Below are positions 48,181 through 57,441 of a stretch of 64,000 nt of DNA, piece by piece. A program made the position numbers and the translations under genes. The DNA comes from an uncultured Holophagaceae bacterium (GTDB lineage Bacteria; Acidobacteriota; Holophagae; Holophagales; Holophagaceae), in NCBI GenBank assembly GCA_963705865.1, contig CAVPLE010000149.1, positions 6,402-70,401 on the forward strand, in the 5' to 3' direction. Numbering within the stretch: the stretch's first letter is position 1; each line of letters opens with the position of its first letter. The notes under the pieces are model-generated. The model saw nothing but the letters and a program-made list of their open reading frames with translations, was not told the DNA's origin and did not search any database.

Positions 48181-48661
48181 ACAGGATTAACAGGATTAGA
48201 AGATGGATTAACAGGATGAAAGCCCCGGAGGATCTATCCGTCCCCAGGCGATTCGTCCTCCCCAGGAATCAGCCTGCCGCCAATGATCTAGCAGGTTTGA
48301 ATCCTGTTATCTCGTTATCGGCGAGTCTCAGCCTAACCAAAGGGATCAAGAGCCTCCACGAAGATCACGAAGAGGAAGGCGAAGGCCACGAAGGCAGGCC
48401 CCAGCGTCTCGGCCAGGGCATCCGGGCCTCTGGCCCCCGGTCGCGCATGGCGCGGCCGGCTTCACGGGCGGCGGCCATGGCGGCCCTTGAAAGCCGCCCG
48501 GGGCCGCCGCCCGTGAAGGGATGTCCGGGATGGGTCGAGCCCCATTCGCGTCCTTCGTGAACCCGCAGGGTACCTTCGTGTTCTTCGTGGAGATCTTTCC
48601 TGGCTGAGGCTCGCCGATAATCAGGTCCTGTTAATCTAGCCTTTCATCCTGTTAATCCTGT
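48181..48661. repeat. Nested three-layer REP-like palindrome
   Basis: IR pairs 48181-48196/48646-48661 (16/16), 48315-48333/48602-48620 (18/19) and 48354-48372/48574-48592 (18/19). Confidence 0.9.
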
Positions 48662-48673
48662 CCCTGTTTTTTT

Positions 48674-50548
48674 TCAGAAATCCAGGTTCTCCGTGATCCG
48701 CGTGCCGTCCTTCTTGAAGGTCTCAAGGAAGGTGGCGATGCGCTTCTCAGCCTCCACCAGGTGCTCGACCCCGAGGTTCAGGTTGAGCAGATCCACGTAC
48801 CAGGGGGCCTTGACCTTGCTCTGGACGTAGGTCTGGACGATGGCCCGCGCGATGGGGAGGGTGGTGGCCTTGGAGTCGTCGTGGACGTCGCGGTTGCTGG
48901 CCTTGCGGAGCTTGGCGTACTCCTCCTCCAGCAGGCGGGCGAAGAGGGCGGCCGTCAGCATGTCGCCAGCGGCGGTGCCCGTGGCGGCATCGGCCTCCGT
49001 GAAGGCGGCGCCCTTGTGCAGCCATTCCCAGAGGATGGAGAGGCGGATCTCTCCCGTGGCCATGTCTTCCATGAGGTAGAGCACGTCATCGTTGCCGAAG
49101 AAGTCGGCAGGCTTGAGGGCCGCGGCCTGGAAGCCGCGCAGGAAGGCGTTGCCGTACTGGAGGGCCACGGAGAGCAGATCCCGGGCGCCGGCGATGGTGC
49201 GGGGCGCCTTCTCCAGCATCATGAGGCCCGCAGCGTCCTCGGGCCCATAAGTCAGCGCCGGGAAGGCGCGCCCCATCTGGTTGGCCTCGCCCACACGCTC
49301 CCACACGGGCCGCACGATGTGGACCATCTTCCAGTGGGCCACCCACTTGCCCGACGCGCCCTCGCGCTGCTCGCGCTCGGCCCCGGCCACGGCGCGTTTC
49401 ATGCTGGCGGTGACGCCGGCCTCGCTGCCCACGGGGATGTTCGGCTCCATGCCGCCCTGCCAGAGGGCGAAGCGGCCGTTCCGATCCGGCGTGTTCATGG
49501 CCCGGCGCACGCGATCCTCGTAGGTCCGCATGTAGCCATAGGTCATCGTGATCGAGCTGATGTCCGGGTTCACGAAGCCCTTGTCCCAGGCAAGGGCGTC
49601 CGAGACGCTGTTGATGTAGTCCCAGCGGCCTGTGTTGAAGCCCACGAAGTGGGGTGCCAGCGCCGCGCGGATCTCCATGAGCTGGTAGCACTGCTCCAGC
49701 TGCTCCACCAGCACGTAGGCCTTGATGGTGCCCACGGCGAGGCCCAAGTGCTCCTCCAGGGCCACCAGCATGGCGTTGAAGAGGGCCGCATCCTCGGCGG
49801 TCTGGGTCTTGGGCAGGTAGAGCACGAGGCTGCGGCCCGCCACGCGGAGGCGCTCATGGTTGTTCACCACGTAAAGCACCAGGTCGGCGATGGAGGCGGA
49901 GAAGCCGTGGCCGTTCCGCCGGAGGTGGCGGTCCTCCAGATGCAGGCCGCGCACGCGGAAGATCACGGTGGTGAAGTCGAGCTGCTGCCGCCAGTCCTCG
50001 ATGATGGGGCGGCCGAAGAAACCCTTCGCCCACTGGTTCATCTCACCACTGACCTCCTCGGCCACCTCCAGGAAGAGCGGATCCCGGGCGATGGCCAGCT
50101 TGAGGTTCCGGTGGTTGTCCAACGACATGGTGTCCACCTGGCCCAGCGCGTCCTCGCCATCGAACATCCAGCCGTCCGCGCCGGAGAGCAGCGCATAGGC
50201 CACATTGCGGATGCCCGAGCGGACATCCGCGCGCGGCTTGGTGGCCGGCCCCGTGCCCTGGATCCACTGGCGCTGGAGGTCCGGTGGGATCACCGCGCCG
50301 TCGAAGTTCCCGGCGCGGGCGTCGGCGACGGTGAAGGGCTTGCCGGGGATCAGGGCGGCGGGATCCAGGAAGCCGATGCGCTCGCCTGCTTCGGCCCGGC
50401 GCTTCCGCAGGGCCAGGCGGGCGGTCATGCGCTCGCGGCGCCGGTCATCCAGGGGCGCAAGGGTCTCCAGGGCGCGGATCGCCTCCGGCGTGTAGACATC
50501 CGGGTAGCTGGACAGGACGGCGTCACGGAATTCGAGGGTCGGGGTCAT
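48674..50548 (-). CDS. Malate synthase
   Basis: MFDGED, YLPK, GFNTGRWDYINS, EDMATGEIR. Confidence 0.88.
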   Translation of the reverse strand: MTPTLEFRDAVLSSYPDVYTPEAIRALETLAPLDDRRRERMTARLALRKRRAEAGERIGFLDPAALIPGKPFTVADARAGNFDGAVIPPDLQRQWIQGTGPATKPRADVRSGIRNVAYALLSGADGWMFDGEDALGQVDTMSLDNHRNLKLAIARDPLFLEVAEEVSGEMNQWAKGFFGRPIIEDWRQQLDFTTVIFRVRGLHLEDRHLRRNGHGFSASIADLVLYVVNNHERLRVAGRSLVLYLPKTQTAEDAALFNAMLVALEEHLGLAVGTIKAYVLVEQLEQCYQLMEIRAALAPHFVGFNTGRWDYINSVSDALAWDKGFVNPDISSITMTYGYMRTYEDRVRRAMNTPDRNGRFALWQGGMEPNIPVGSEAGVTASMKRAVAGAEREQREGASGKWVAHWKMVHIVRPVWERVGEANQMGRAFPALTYGPEDAAGLMMLEKAPRTIAGARDLLSVALQYGNAFLRGFQAAALKPADFFGNDDVLYLMEDMATGEIRLSILWEWLHKGAAFTEADAATGTAAGDMLTAALFARLLEEEYAKLRKASNRDVHDDSKATTLPIARAIVQTYVQSKVKAPWYVDLLNLNLGVEHLVEAEKRIATFLETFKKDGTRITENLDF

Positions 50549-50621
50549 GGGATCACTCCGCAAGAAAGGCTGGGTCAGAAGAAACGAGAGGCTGAGGCTG
50601 TTGGAGAGGAAAGCAGATTGG

Positions 50622-50702
50622 CCACAAAGAACACAAAAGACACAAAGCTGCTACTCACGCTGCCCAGATCTTTCCCTTTTGTGCCCTCTGTGTTCTTTGT
50701 GG
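50622..50702. repeat. REP-like doublet (CACAAAG subrepeats)
   Basis: CCACAAAGAACACAAAAGACACAAAG ... GTGTTCTTTGTGG. Confidence 0.8.
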
Positions 50703-50745
50703 TTCATTTTATTTGCTCTCTCTTTGTGGTGAACGAATCTGTGGA

Positions 50746-51891
50746 TCACCCGCGCAGGGCCATGCCTACCTTCACCAGGCGGCAGGCCCGGGCGGCGGCG
50801 GCCTCCACCAGGGCGGCGCCCTGGCCCATGCAGTCTTCGAGGCTCATGGGCTGGGGCACCGTGGTGGCCAGGGCGTCGATGCCATGGCGCAGCACCTCAT
50901 CGGCGCCGTCGCCCAGGCCGCCGGCGAGGCAGACCACGGGTACGCCATGGCGCTTGGCCGCCGCCGCCACGCCCACGGGAGCCTTGCCCATGGCGGTCTG
51001 GAAGTCCGTGCGGCCCTCGCCGGTGATGACCAGGTCCGCGCCCTGGACCAGGGCCTCGAAGCCCGTGGTCTCCAGCACGATGGCCACGCCGGGCCGGAGG
51101 CTCGCCGGCGTGAAGAAGAGCAGGCCCGCGCCCAGGCCGCCGGCGGCGCCAGCGCCCGGCAGCAGAGCGATGTCGCGGCCCGTGGCAGCCTGGGCCACGC
51201 CTGCGAAGACGCCGAGCGCCGCGTCCAGTTCCTGCACCATGTCCGGCGAGGCGCCCTTCTGGGGACCGTAGACGGCGGAGGCCCCGCGCGGGCCGAAGAG
51301 CGGATTGTCCACGTCGCAGGCCACCAGGACGCTGGCCTCGGCGAGGCGCGGATCCAGGCCCGACAAATCGATACGGGCCAGCCGCGCCAGGGCCGCGCCA
51401 CCTTCGGGCAGGTCGTGGCCGTCGGCATCCAGGAAGCGTGCGCCCAGGGCCCGGGCCATGCCCGTGCCGCCGTCGTTGGTGGCGCTGCCGCCGATGCCGA
51501 TGACAAGTTTGCGGAGGCCCGCATCGAGGGCCGCCTTCATCAGCTCGCCCGTGCCGGAGGTGCTGGTGATGCGCGGATCGCGACGGTCCTTCGGCACCAG
51601 GGGCAGGCCCGAGGCCGAGGCCATCTCGATGAACGCGGTGGCGCCGTCGCCGGAGATGCCCCAGTGGGCTCGCACGGGCTCGCCCAGGGGCCCGCGCACC
51701 TCCGTGTGCATGTGGCGCCCGCCCGTGGCCGCCACCAGGGCATCCACGGTGCCCTCGCCGCCATCGGCGATGGGCACCTTGATGACTTCCGCGGCCGGAA
51801 ACACCGCGTGGATGCCCCGCGCCATGGCCTCCGCCACACCCAGGGCCGACACGCTGCCCTTGAAGGAATCCGGAGCCACGATGATGCGCAT
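50746..51891 (-). CDS. Glycerate kinase (class I, GlxK/GarK type)
   Basis: IVAPDSFKGS, PIADGGEGT, GGSATNDGG, GAGAAGGLG, TGEG..D.QT.MGK. Confidence 0.95.
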   Translation of the reverse strand: MRIIVAPDSFKGSVSALGVAEAMARGIHAVFPAAEVIKVPIADGGEGTVDALVAATGGRHMHTEVRGPLGEPVRAHWGISGDGATAFIEMASASGLPLVPKDRRDPRITSTSGTGELMKAALDAGLRKLVIGIGGSATNDGGTGMARALGARFLDADGHDLPEGGAALARLARIDLSGLDPRLAEASVLVACDVDNPLFGPRGASAVYGPQKGASPDMVQELDAALGVFAGVAQAATGRDIALLPGAGAAGGLGAGLLFFTPASLRPGVAIVLETTGFEALVQGADLVITGEGRTDFQTAMGKAPVGVAAAAKRHGVPVVCLAGGLGDGADEVLRHGIDALATTVPQPMSLEDCMGQGAALVEAAAARACRLVKVGMALRG

Positions 51892-51924
51892 GGGTCGCAC
51901 CCTCCCAAGAAAGACGAAAGGCTG

Positions 51925-52025
51925 GGACAGGATGAACAGGATTGGAAAGAAGGATGAACAGGATTCAAGAAGCGGGTTGGTTTTGAATCCTGTTCATCAG
52001 GCCTTTCATCCTGTTAATCCTGTCC
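51925..52025. repeat. REP-like doublet (ACAGGAT subrepeats), same family as the outer layer at 48181
   Basis: GGACAGGATGAACAGGATT ... ATCCTGTTAATCCTGTCC. Confidence 0.85.
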
Positions 52026-52041
52026 TGTTCTTTTCAAATCC

Positions 52042-53667
52042 TTACGGCACGAGCCCCGGGAACAGGAACGCGAAGCCGAAGACCATGAGGCCCAGCAGGA
52101 TCACGTAGGGGATCGTGTACTTGATGGTCTGCCGCATGATCAGGCCTTCCTTCCCGGCCAGGCCCACGGCGGTGGCGGCGATGACGATGCTCTGGGGCGA
52201 GATCATCTTGCCCGCGGAGGCGCCCGCGCTGCCGGCGGAGGCCATGAGGATGTCGGACAGGCCCATGCCGTTGGCGGTGAGCCGCTGCAGGTTGCCGAAG
52301 AGGGCATTGGCGGAGGTGTTGCTGCCCGTCAGGAACACGCCCAGGGTGCCGAAGAGCGGGCTGAGGAACGGGTACACGCTCCGGCTCACCAGGGCCACGA
52401 TGCCGTTGGCCATGGTGGCCACCATGGAGATCTGCTTGGTGGCGAGGTCGCCCACCACGGCCAGCTTGGTCTTGGGGTCGATGATGGGCAGGGCCAGGTT
52501 CATCACTTCGGCGATGGCGAGGATGCTGGCCACCGCGATGAAGGAGGGGATCATCTGCTTGAAGGTCTTGCCGAACTGCTCGCCCATCACCCCGTAGCTG
52601 ATGCCCATGACGGGGAAGGCGATGAGGCCCGCGATGAGCATGATGGTGCCGGGGCTCTGGAGCCAGGTGAAGGCGTAGACCTTCCCGGGGTTGTAGATCT
52701 GGGCCTTGAGGACCACCCAGTTCCAGCCGGCGGCCGCGCCGCTGAAGAGGGGCTTGGTGCTGGGCAGGTTCACGGCGATGACGAGCACCGCCAGCAGCAG
52801 GTAGGGCAGCCAGGAGAGGAACAGTTCCTTGAAGTGGAACTCGCGCCGGGCCTCGGTGGCCGGGGCCTCGCCCTCGAAGAGCCAGGGCTGGGCGCCCTTC
52901 TGGAAGTTCAGGTAGATGGCGGTGGCCACGAGGCAGATCAGGCCCGCCAGCACGGAGGTGAGATCGGCGCCGATGAAGTTGGAGACGAGGAACTGGGTGA
53001 TGGAGAAGCTGAGGCCGGTCACCAGGATGGTGCCGAGCGCCCCCTTCAGGCCCTTGGCCTTGGACATGGCGTAAACGGTGGCGAAGGCCATGATCAGCGC
53101 CAGGGGCGCCATGAAGCGGCCCGTCATCTGGGAGAGCTTCATCACATCCAGGCCCGTGGTCTTGGCCAGGGTCACCGTGGGGATGGCCAGCGAGCCGAAG
53201 GGCACGGGGCCCGTGTTGGCCACCAGGCACACCAGCGCGGCCATCATCGGGTTGTAGCCCAGGCCGATGAGGATGCTGGCGGGGATGGCCACGGGGGCGC
53301 CGAAGCCGCAGATGCCTTCGAGGAAGGCGCCGAAGCCGAAGGCGATGAGCAGGGCCTGGGCGCGGCGGTCCACGGTGAGGTTCGCCATGGCGCCCTGCAT
53401 CTTGTCCATCCAGCCCGTGACCTTCAGCACGTTGTAGACCACCAGCGCGCCGAAGGGGATGTACATGATGGGGAAGAGGCCCGTGAGCCCGCCCTGGAAA
53501 GCCGCCAGCAGCGTCACCTTCGTGGGGAAGTGGAACACCAGGATCGCCGCCAGCACCGTCACCAGCAGGGCGATGGGCGCCACCTTGGCCGCCGGTTTCA
53601 TCAGCAGCGGGATGCCGATGAGCAGCACGATGAGAGGCAGCGTGGCTGCGAGGATGCTTAAAAACAT
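52042..53667 (-). CDS. L-lactate/glycolate permease (LctP/GlcA family)
   Basis: FGFGAFLEGICGFGAP, GVFLTGSNTSAN, KMISPQSI. Confidence 0.93.
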   Translation of the reverse strand: MFLSILAATLPLIVLLIGIPLLMKPAAKVAPIALLVTVLAAILVFHFPTKVTLLAAFQGGLTGLFPIMYIPFGALVVYNVLKVTGWMDKMQGAMANLTVDRRAQALLIAFGFGAFLEGICGFGAPVAIPASILIGLGYNPMMAALVCLVANTGPVPFGSLAIPTVTLAKTTGLDVMKLSQMTGRFMAPLALIMAFATVYAMSKAKGLKGALGTILVTGLSFSITQFLVSNFIGADLTSVLAGLICLVATAIYLNFQKGAQPWLFEGEAPATEARREFHFKELFLSWLPYLLLAVLVIAVNLPSTKPLFSGAAAGWNWVVLKAQIYNPGKVYAFTWLQSPGTIMLIAGLIAFPVMGISYGVMGEQFGKTFKQMIPSFIAVASILAIAEVMNLALPIIDPKTKLAVVGDLATKQISMVATMANGIVALVSRSVYPFLSPLFGTLGVFLTGSNTSANALFGNLQRLTANGMGLSDILMASAGSAGASAGKMISPQSIVIAATAVGLAGKEGLIMRQTIKYTIPYVILLGLMVFGFAFLFPGLVP

Positions 53668-53707
53668 TGTCGACCTCCGAATCGGTTGCCAAACAGTATC
53701 GGGGGAC

Positions 53708-53829
53708 GGTCTGACCACCAAGCCAAAAACGATTTTGAGCCACAAGGGCCGGAATTGATCAGATTCCGGCCCTTGTGGCAACATCTTCCTGGATGGATTT
53801 TACCGGCGCGAATGATCGTGGTTAGACCA
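53708..53829. promoter_or_regulatory. Two FadR/GntR-type (LldR/GlcC-like) operator candidates
   Basis: GGTCTGACCA (53708-53717) and TGGTTAGACCA (53819-53829), matching TGGT-N3-ACCA. Confidence 0.55.
53739..53779. terminator. Perfect 17-bp hairpin downstream of the tricorn gene (terminator-like)
   Basis: GCCACAAGGGCCGGAAT-7 nt-ATTCCGGCCCTTGTGGC; no immediate U-tract. Confidence 0.5.
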
Positions 53830-53835
53830 CCAGAC

Positions 53836-56800
53836 CTATTTGGTTTTCACGGGATCCGCCGGCCGCTTGGGCAGATGCATGGGCGTCTCCGCCATGCGCT
53901 TCAGCACCTCCTGCACGCCCCGCTCCAGCTGGCGGTCATGGCCCGCCAGCAGGGAGGCGGGATCGTTCTCCACCTCGATGTCCGGCGTCACGCCCTGGCC
54001 CTCGATGATCCACTCGCCCGTGGGGGCGTTGGTGCCGGACTGCGGCACGAACACGCTGCCCCCATCGATGAGGGGCGTGCTGCCCCCGCCCACGACGCCG
54101 CCCCAGGTGCGCTTGCCGATGAGGGGGCCCAGGCCCGCGAAGCGGAAGTGGTAGGGGAAGATGTCGCCATCGCTGGCGCTGGTCTCGCTCACGAGCGCCA
54201 CCATGGGGCCGTGGAACACGGTGGACGGGTACGTGGAGGGGTGCTCACCCGCGTAGCCGAAGCGTGTGCCCAGCAGCTTCTTGCCCAGGCGCTCCAGGAT
54301 CATCTGGCTGATGTTGCCCCCGCCGTTGGCGCGGACATCCACGATGAGCCCTTCCTTGCGGATCTGCGGGTAGTACCACTTGATGAACTCGTACAGGCCG
54401 GGCCCGCCCATGTCAGGAATGTGGAGGTAGCCCACCTTGCCGCCGCTGAGCTTGTCCACGGTCTCCTTCGAGCGCAGCACGAAGTCCAGGTAGCGCAGGT
54501 CGGCGTCGCTCGGGATGGGCTGGTAGATGACCTGCCGCGCGCCCTCGGGGCCGGGCTTGGCGTTCAGCGTCAGCGTCACCGGGAAGGTCTTGTCCCGCAG
54601 CAGGCGGTAGGGGTTGTCGTCGGCCTTCAGCTCCACGCCGTCGATGGCCAGGATGTAGTCGCCCTCGCGGGCGTCCACGCCGGGTTCCGTCAGCGGGCTG
54701 CGGTACTTGGGCTCCTCATTGTGCCCCCGGTAGATGCGGGCCAGGCGGTAGCGGCCGGCGGCGGCATCCAGCTCGAAGCGCGCGCCGGGCAGGCCCACCT
54801 TGGCCCGCTCGGGCAGGAACTGGTCGCCGCCATCGGTGTAGGTGTGGCCGATGTTCAGCTCGGAGATGAGCTCCGTGAGCACATAGGTGAGGTCCGAGCG
54901 GTGGGTGACGTGCTGGAGCCAGGGGCGGTACTGCTCGCGCAGGGCCTTCCAGTCGTAGCCGTGCATGTTCTTCACGTAGAAGAAGTCGCGGAAGCGCCGC
55001 CAGGTCTCGTCGTAGACCTCGCGCCATTCCTCGGCGGGGATGCGGTCCACGTAGAGGGCCTTGGTGGAGATCGTCTTCTTCTCCGTGGCCTTGGGCTTGG
55101 CGTCGATGAGCTGGTACGAGGTGGCGGGCCCCTGTCCGGTCCGGGCCAGGACCTTGCTGCCGTCCTGGCTCAGCACCCAGCCCTGCGCGCCCGCCAGCAG
55201 CTCGCTCTCCTGGCGCTTCTTCAGGTCGAAGATCCAGAGGCTGCCGCCGGCCGGGCGGTGGCCGTTGACCTCGCCGTACACGAAGGGCTGGTTCTTGCTG
55301 TAGAGCAGGAAGCCCTTCGCGGCCTCCAGCCCGCCCAGGTTGTCCGCGGGCACCGGCACGCGCACGCCGCGCTGCTCGAAGCCGTCGAAGTCGATGCGCA
55401 CGGCGACGGGGGCTTTGGAAGCTTCAGGTTTCTTCCCGCCTTCCTCTTTCTTCGGGCCTTCCTCCTTCTTCTCCGGCGCCGCCCCCACCTCGTCGCTCTC
55501 CGGCGGGAAGGGATGGGGCGCGGCCTTCGTCAGGGTGTAGGCCACGATGTCCGTGTTGCGGTTGCCGGCGAAATCGAACTCCAGATTGCTGATCTGGGGC
55601 GCATAGTCCCGGCGGCTGAGGGCGTAGAGGCACTTGCCCTCGGGATCCCAGGCGGGATCGGCCACCGTGAACAGCTCGCCCGTGAGGCGGTGGAGCCGCT
55701 GGTCCACCAGGCCCCAGGCATGGAGGCTGCGCGTGCCATTCAGGTTGGCCAGGGAGAAGGCCAGGAACTGGCCGTCCGGGGACCAGGCCAGATCGCCCAC
55801 CCGGGCGAACTCATCTTTCGCGGCCTTCGCGAGCTTGCGGTCGGCCACGCCCAGGACATAGACCACGCCGTCCTTGTCCGTGAAGGCCAGGTGCTTGCCG
55901 TCCGGCGCCCAGACGAGGTTGCCGAGCTGGCCCACCAGGCCGCTGGTGAGGGCTTCCGGCTTCCCCTTGCCGTCCTGGGCCACGAGGTAGACCTGGTCCT
56001 CGCCGCTCAGGTCGGAGATGAAGGCGATGGACTTGCCGTCCGGCGACCAGCGGGCCAGGCGGTCGTGGGCGCCGGAGGTGTGGGTGAGGTTGCGCACGGG
56101 GCCCTTCTCGATGGGCACGGTGAACACATCGCCCCGGGCCACGAAGAGGGCCCGCTCGCCCTTGGGCGACAGGCCGAAGCCTTCGATGTTCTTCTCCACG
56201 CTGATGCGGGAGGGCCGCGAGGCGCCGCCGTCCGTGGGCACGGTGATGGCAAGGCCCTGGTCGCGGCCATCCTTCACGTTGAACACGTGCAGCTCGCCGT
56301 TCAGCTCGTAGACGATGCGGGACTGGCGGTCGCTGGAGGGCCAGCGCACGTCCCAGGTCTTCTGGAAGGTGAGCTGCTTCACCGCGTCCGTGGCGGGGTC
56401 CACCGAGAACAGGTTGAGGGTGCCGTCGCGGTCCGAGGCGAAGTACACCTGCTCGCCGATCCACATGGGGTCGCGCTCCGTGCGCGGGCTCGCGGCGATC
56501 TTCTTCTGCTGCTTCGTGGCCAGGTCGAACACGTAGAGGTCCTGCGCCCAGCCGCCCTGGTAGCGCTTCCAGTGGCGGAAGTCGCGGAACATGGGCGCGT
56601 AGGCGATGCGCTTGCCATCGGGCGAGAAGGTGCCGGGCCCCGCGGTGGGCATGGGCAGCTTCGCCGGCAGGCCGCCCTTGAGGCTCACGGTGTAGAGGGC
56701 CGTGCGGCTCAGCACGCCGTCGGCGTCGCTGCCGGCGCGGAACAACACGCTGGCGCCGTCCGGCGTCCAGCCCACCACCTGGTGGTCGTAGCCGCCCCGG

Positions 56801-57141
56801 GGCGGCAGCGGGCCCGCCGCCGGGTCGAACGTGAGCTGGCGGGGGATGCCGCCTTCGCTGGGCATGACGTAGACCTGCTCGTCGCCGTCGTACTGGCCCG
56901 TGAAGGCGATCCACTTCCCGTCCGGGCTGAACCGCGCGAACACCTCCAGGCCCGGATGCGCCGTCAGCCGCGTGGCCGTGCCGCCCGTGGCCGGCGCGCT
57001 CCAGAGGTCGCCGCCGTGGGTGAACACCACCTTGTCCCCGTGGATGTCCGGGAAGCGCAGCAGCTTCGTCTGGGCCTGCGCCACGCCGCAGAACGCGAGC
57101 GTCAGGGCCAGCCGGGAAAGGAGGAAGGGTCGTCCGCGCAT
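53836..57141 (-). CDS. Tricorn protease (S41 family), secreted
   Basis: LLRFPDIHGD, PD40 repeats, PDZ, GYLHIPDM, DVRANGGG, SDGD, GKRTWGG. Confidence 0.95.
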   Translation of the reverse strand: MRGRPFLLSRLALTLAFCGVAQAQTKLLRFPDIHGDKVVFTHGGDLWSAPATGGTATRLTAHPGLEVFARFSPDGKWIAFTGQYDGDEQVYVMPSEGGIPRQLTFDPAAGPLPPRGGYDHQVVGWTPDGASVLFRAGSDADGVLSRTALYTVSLKGGLPAKLPMPTAGPGTFSPDGKRIAYAPMFRDFRHWKRYQGGWAQDLYVFDLATKQQKKIAASPRTERDPMWIGEQVYFASDRDGTLNLFSVDPATDAVKQLTFQKTWDVRWPSSDRQSRIVYELNGELHVFNVKDGRDQGLAITVPTDGGASRPSRISVEKNIEGFGLSPKGERALFVARGDVFTVPIEKGPVRNLTHTSGAHDRLARWSPDGKSIAFISDLSGEDQVYLVAQDGKGKPEALTSGLVGQLGNLVWAPDGKHLAFTDKDGVVYVLGVADRKLAKAAKDEFARVGDLAWSPDGQFLAFSLANLNGTRSLHAWGLVDQRLHRLTGELFTVADPAWDPEGKCLYALSRRDYAPQISNLEFDFAGNRNTDIVAYTLTKAAPHPFPPESDEVGAAPEKKEEGPKKEEGGKKPEASKAPVAVRIDFDGFEQRGVRVPVPADNLGGLEAAKGFLLYSKNQPFVYGEVNGHRPAGGSLWIFDLKKRQESELLAGAQGWVLSQDGSKVLARTGQGPATSYQLIDAKPKATEKKTISTKALYVDRIPAEEWREVYDETWRRFRDFFYVKNMHGYDWKALREQYRPWLQHVTHRSDLTYVLTELISELNIGHTYTDGGDQFLPERAKVGLPGARFELDAAAGRYRLARIYRGHNEEPKYRSPLTEPGVDAREGDYILAIDGVELKADDNPYRLLRDKTFPVTLTLNAKPGPEGARQVIYQPIPSDADLRYLDFVLRSKETVDKLSGGKVGYLHIPDMGGPGLYEFIKWYYPQIRKEGLIVDVRANGGGNISQMILERLGKKLLGTRFGYAGEHPSTYPSTVFHGPMVALVSETSASDGDIFPYHFRFAGLGPLIGKRTWGGVVGGGSTPLIDGGSVFVPQSGTNAPTGEWIIEGQGVTPDIEVENDPASLLAGHDRQLERGVQEVLKRMAETPMHLPKRPADPVKTK

Positions 57142-57441
57142 CGGTGCACCTCTGAGGTTGGAGATGCAGGCATTGTATGACGAGGCAATGCCAAGCCCAC
57201 GGAAACTTCCGAGCGGCCACCCTCGGGACCAACTCCATGTCGTGTTACCTCGACTCGGTGATCTGCAACCTTTGACGAACCTCCGCCATCGGCGCGACCC
57301 GTGGTGCTTGACCCTTTCCTGGGCAGGTGACGCCGGGAGGGCTCTCTGCAGGCCCTTTAGACAGAATTTGACCAGCGGCCATGCAGTAGGCTTGGGGTAA
57401 AGCCATCCCTGCCCATGGTCTAGGCCCCTCTGGAGTGCGTC

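Noticed and set aside
53686-57180. 1164-aa + strand ORF, and similar long antisense ORFs (19-1314, 24994-26868, 46099-48111, 48761-51271, 39859-41901)
   Set aside because: Shadow ORFs opposite clearly recognisable genes in high-GC DNA; no motifs.
57142-57441. Intergenic region before hsdM as a possible att site, tRNA or integrase remnant
   Set aside because: No cloverleaf, direct repeat or recognisable coding remnant was found.
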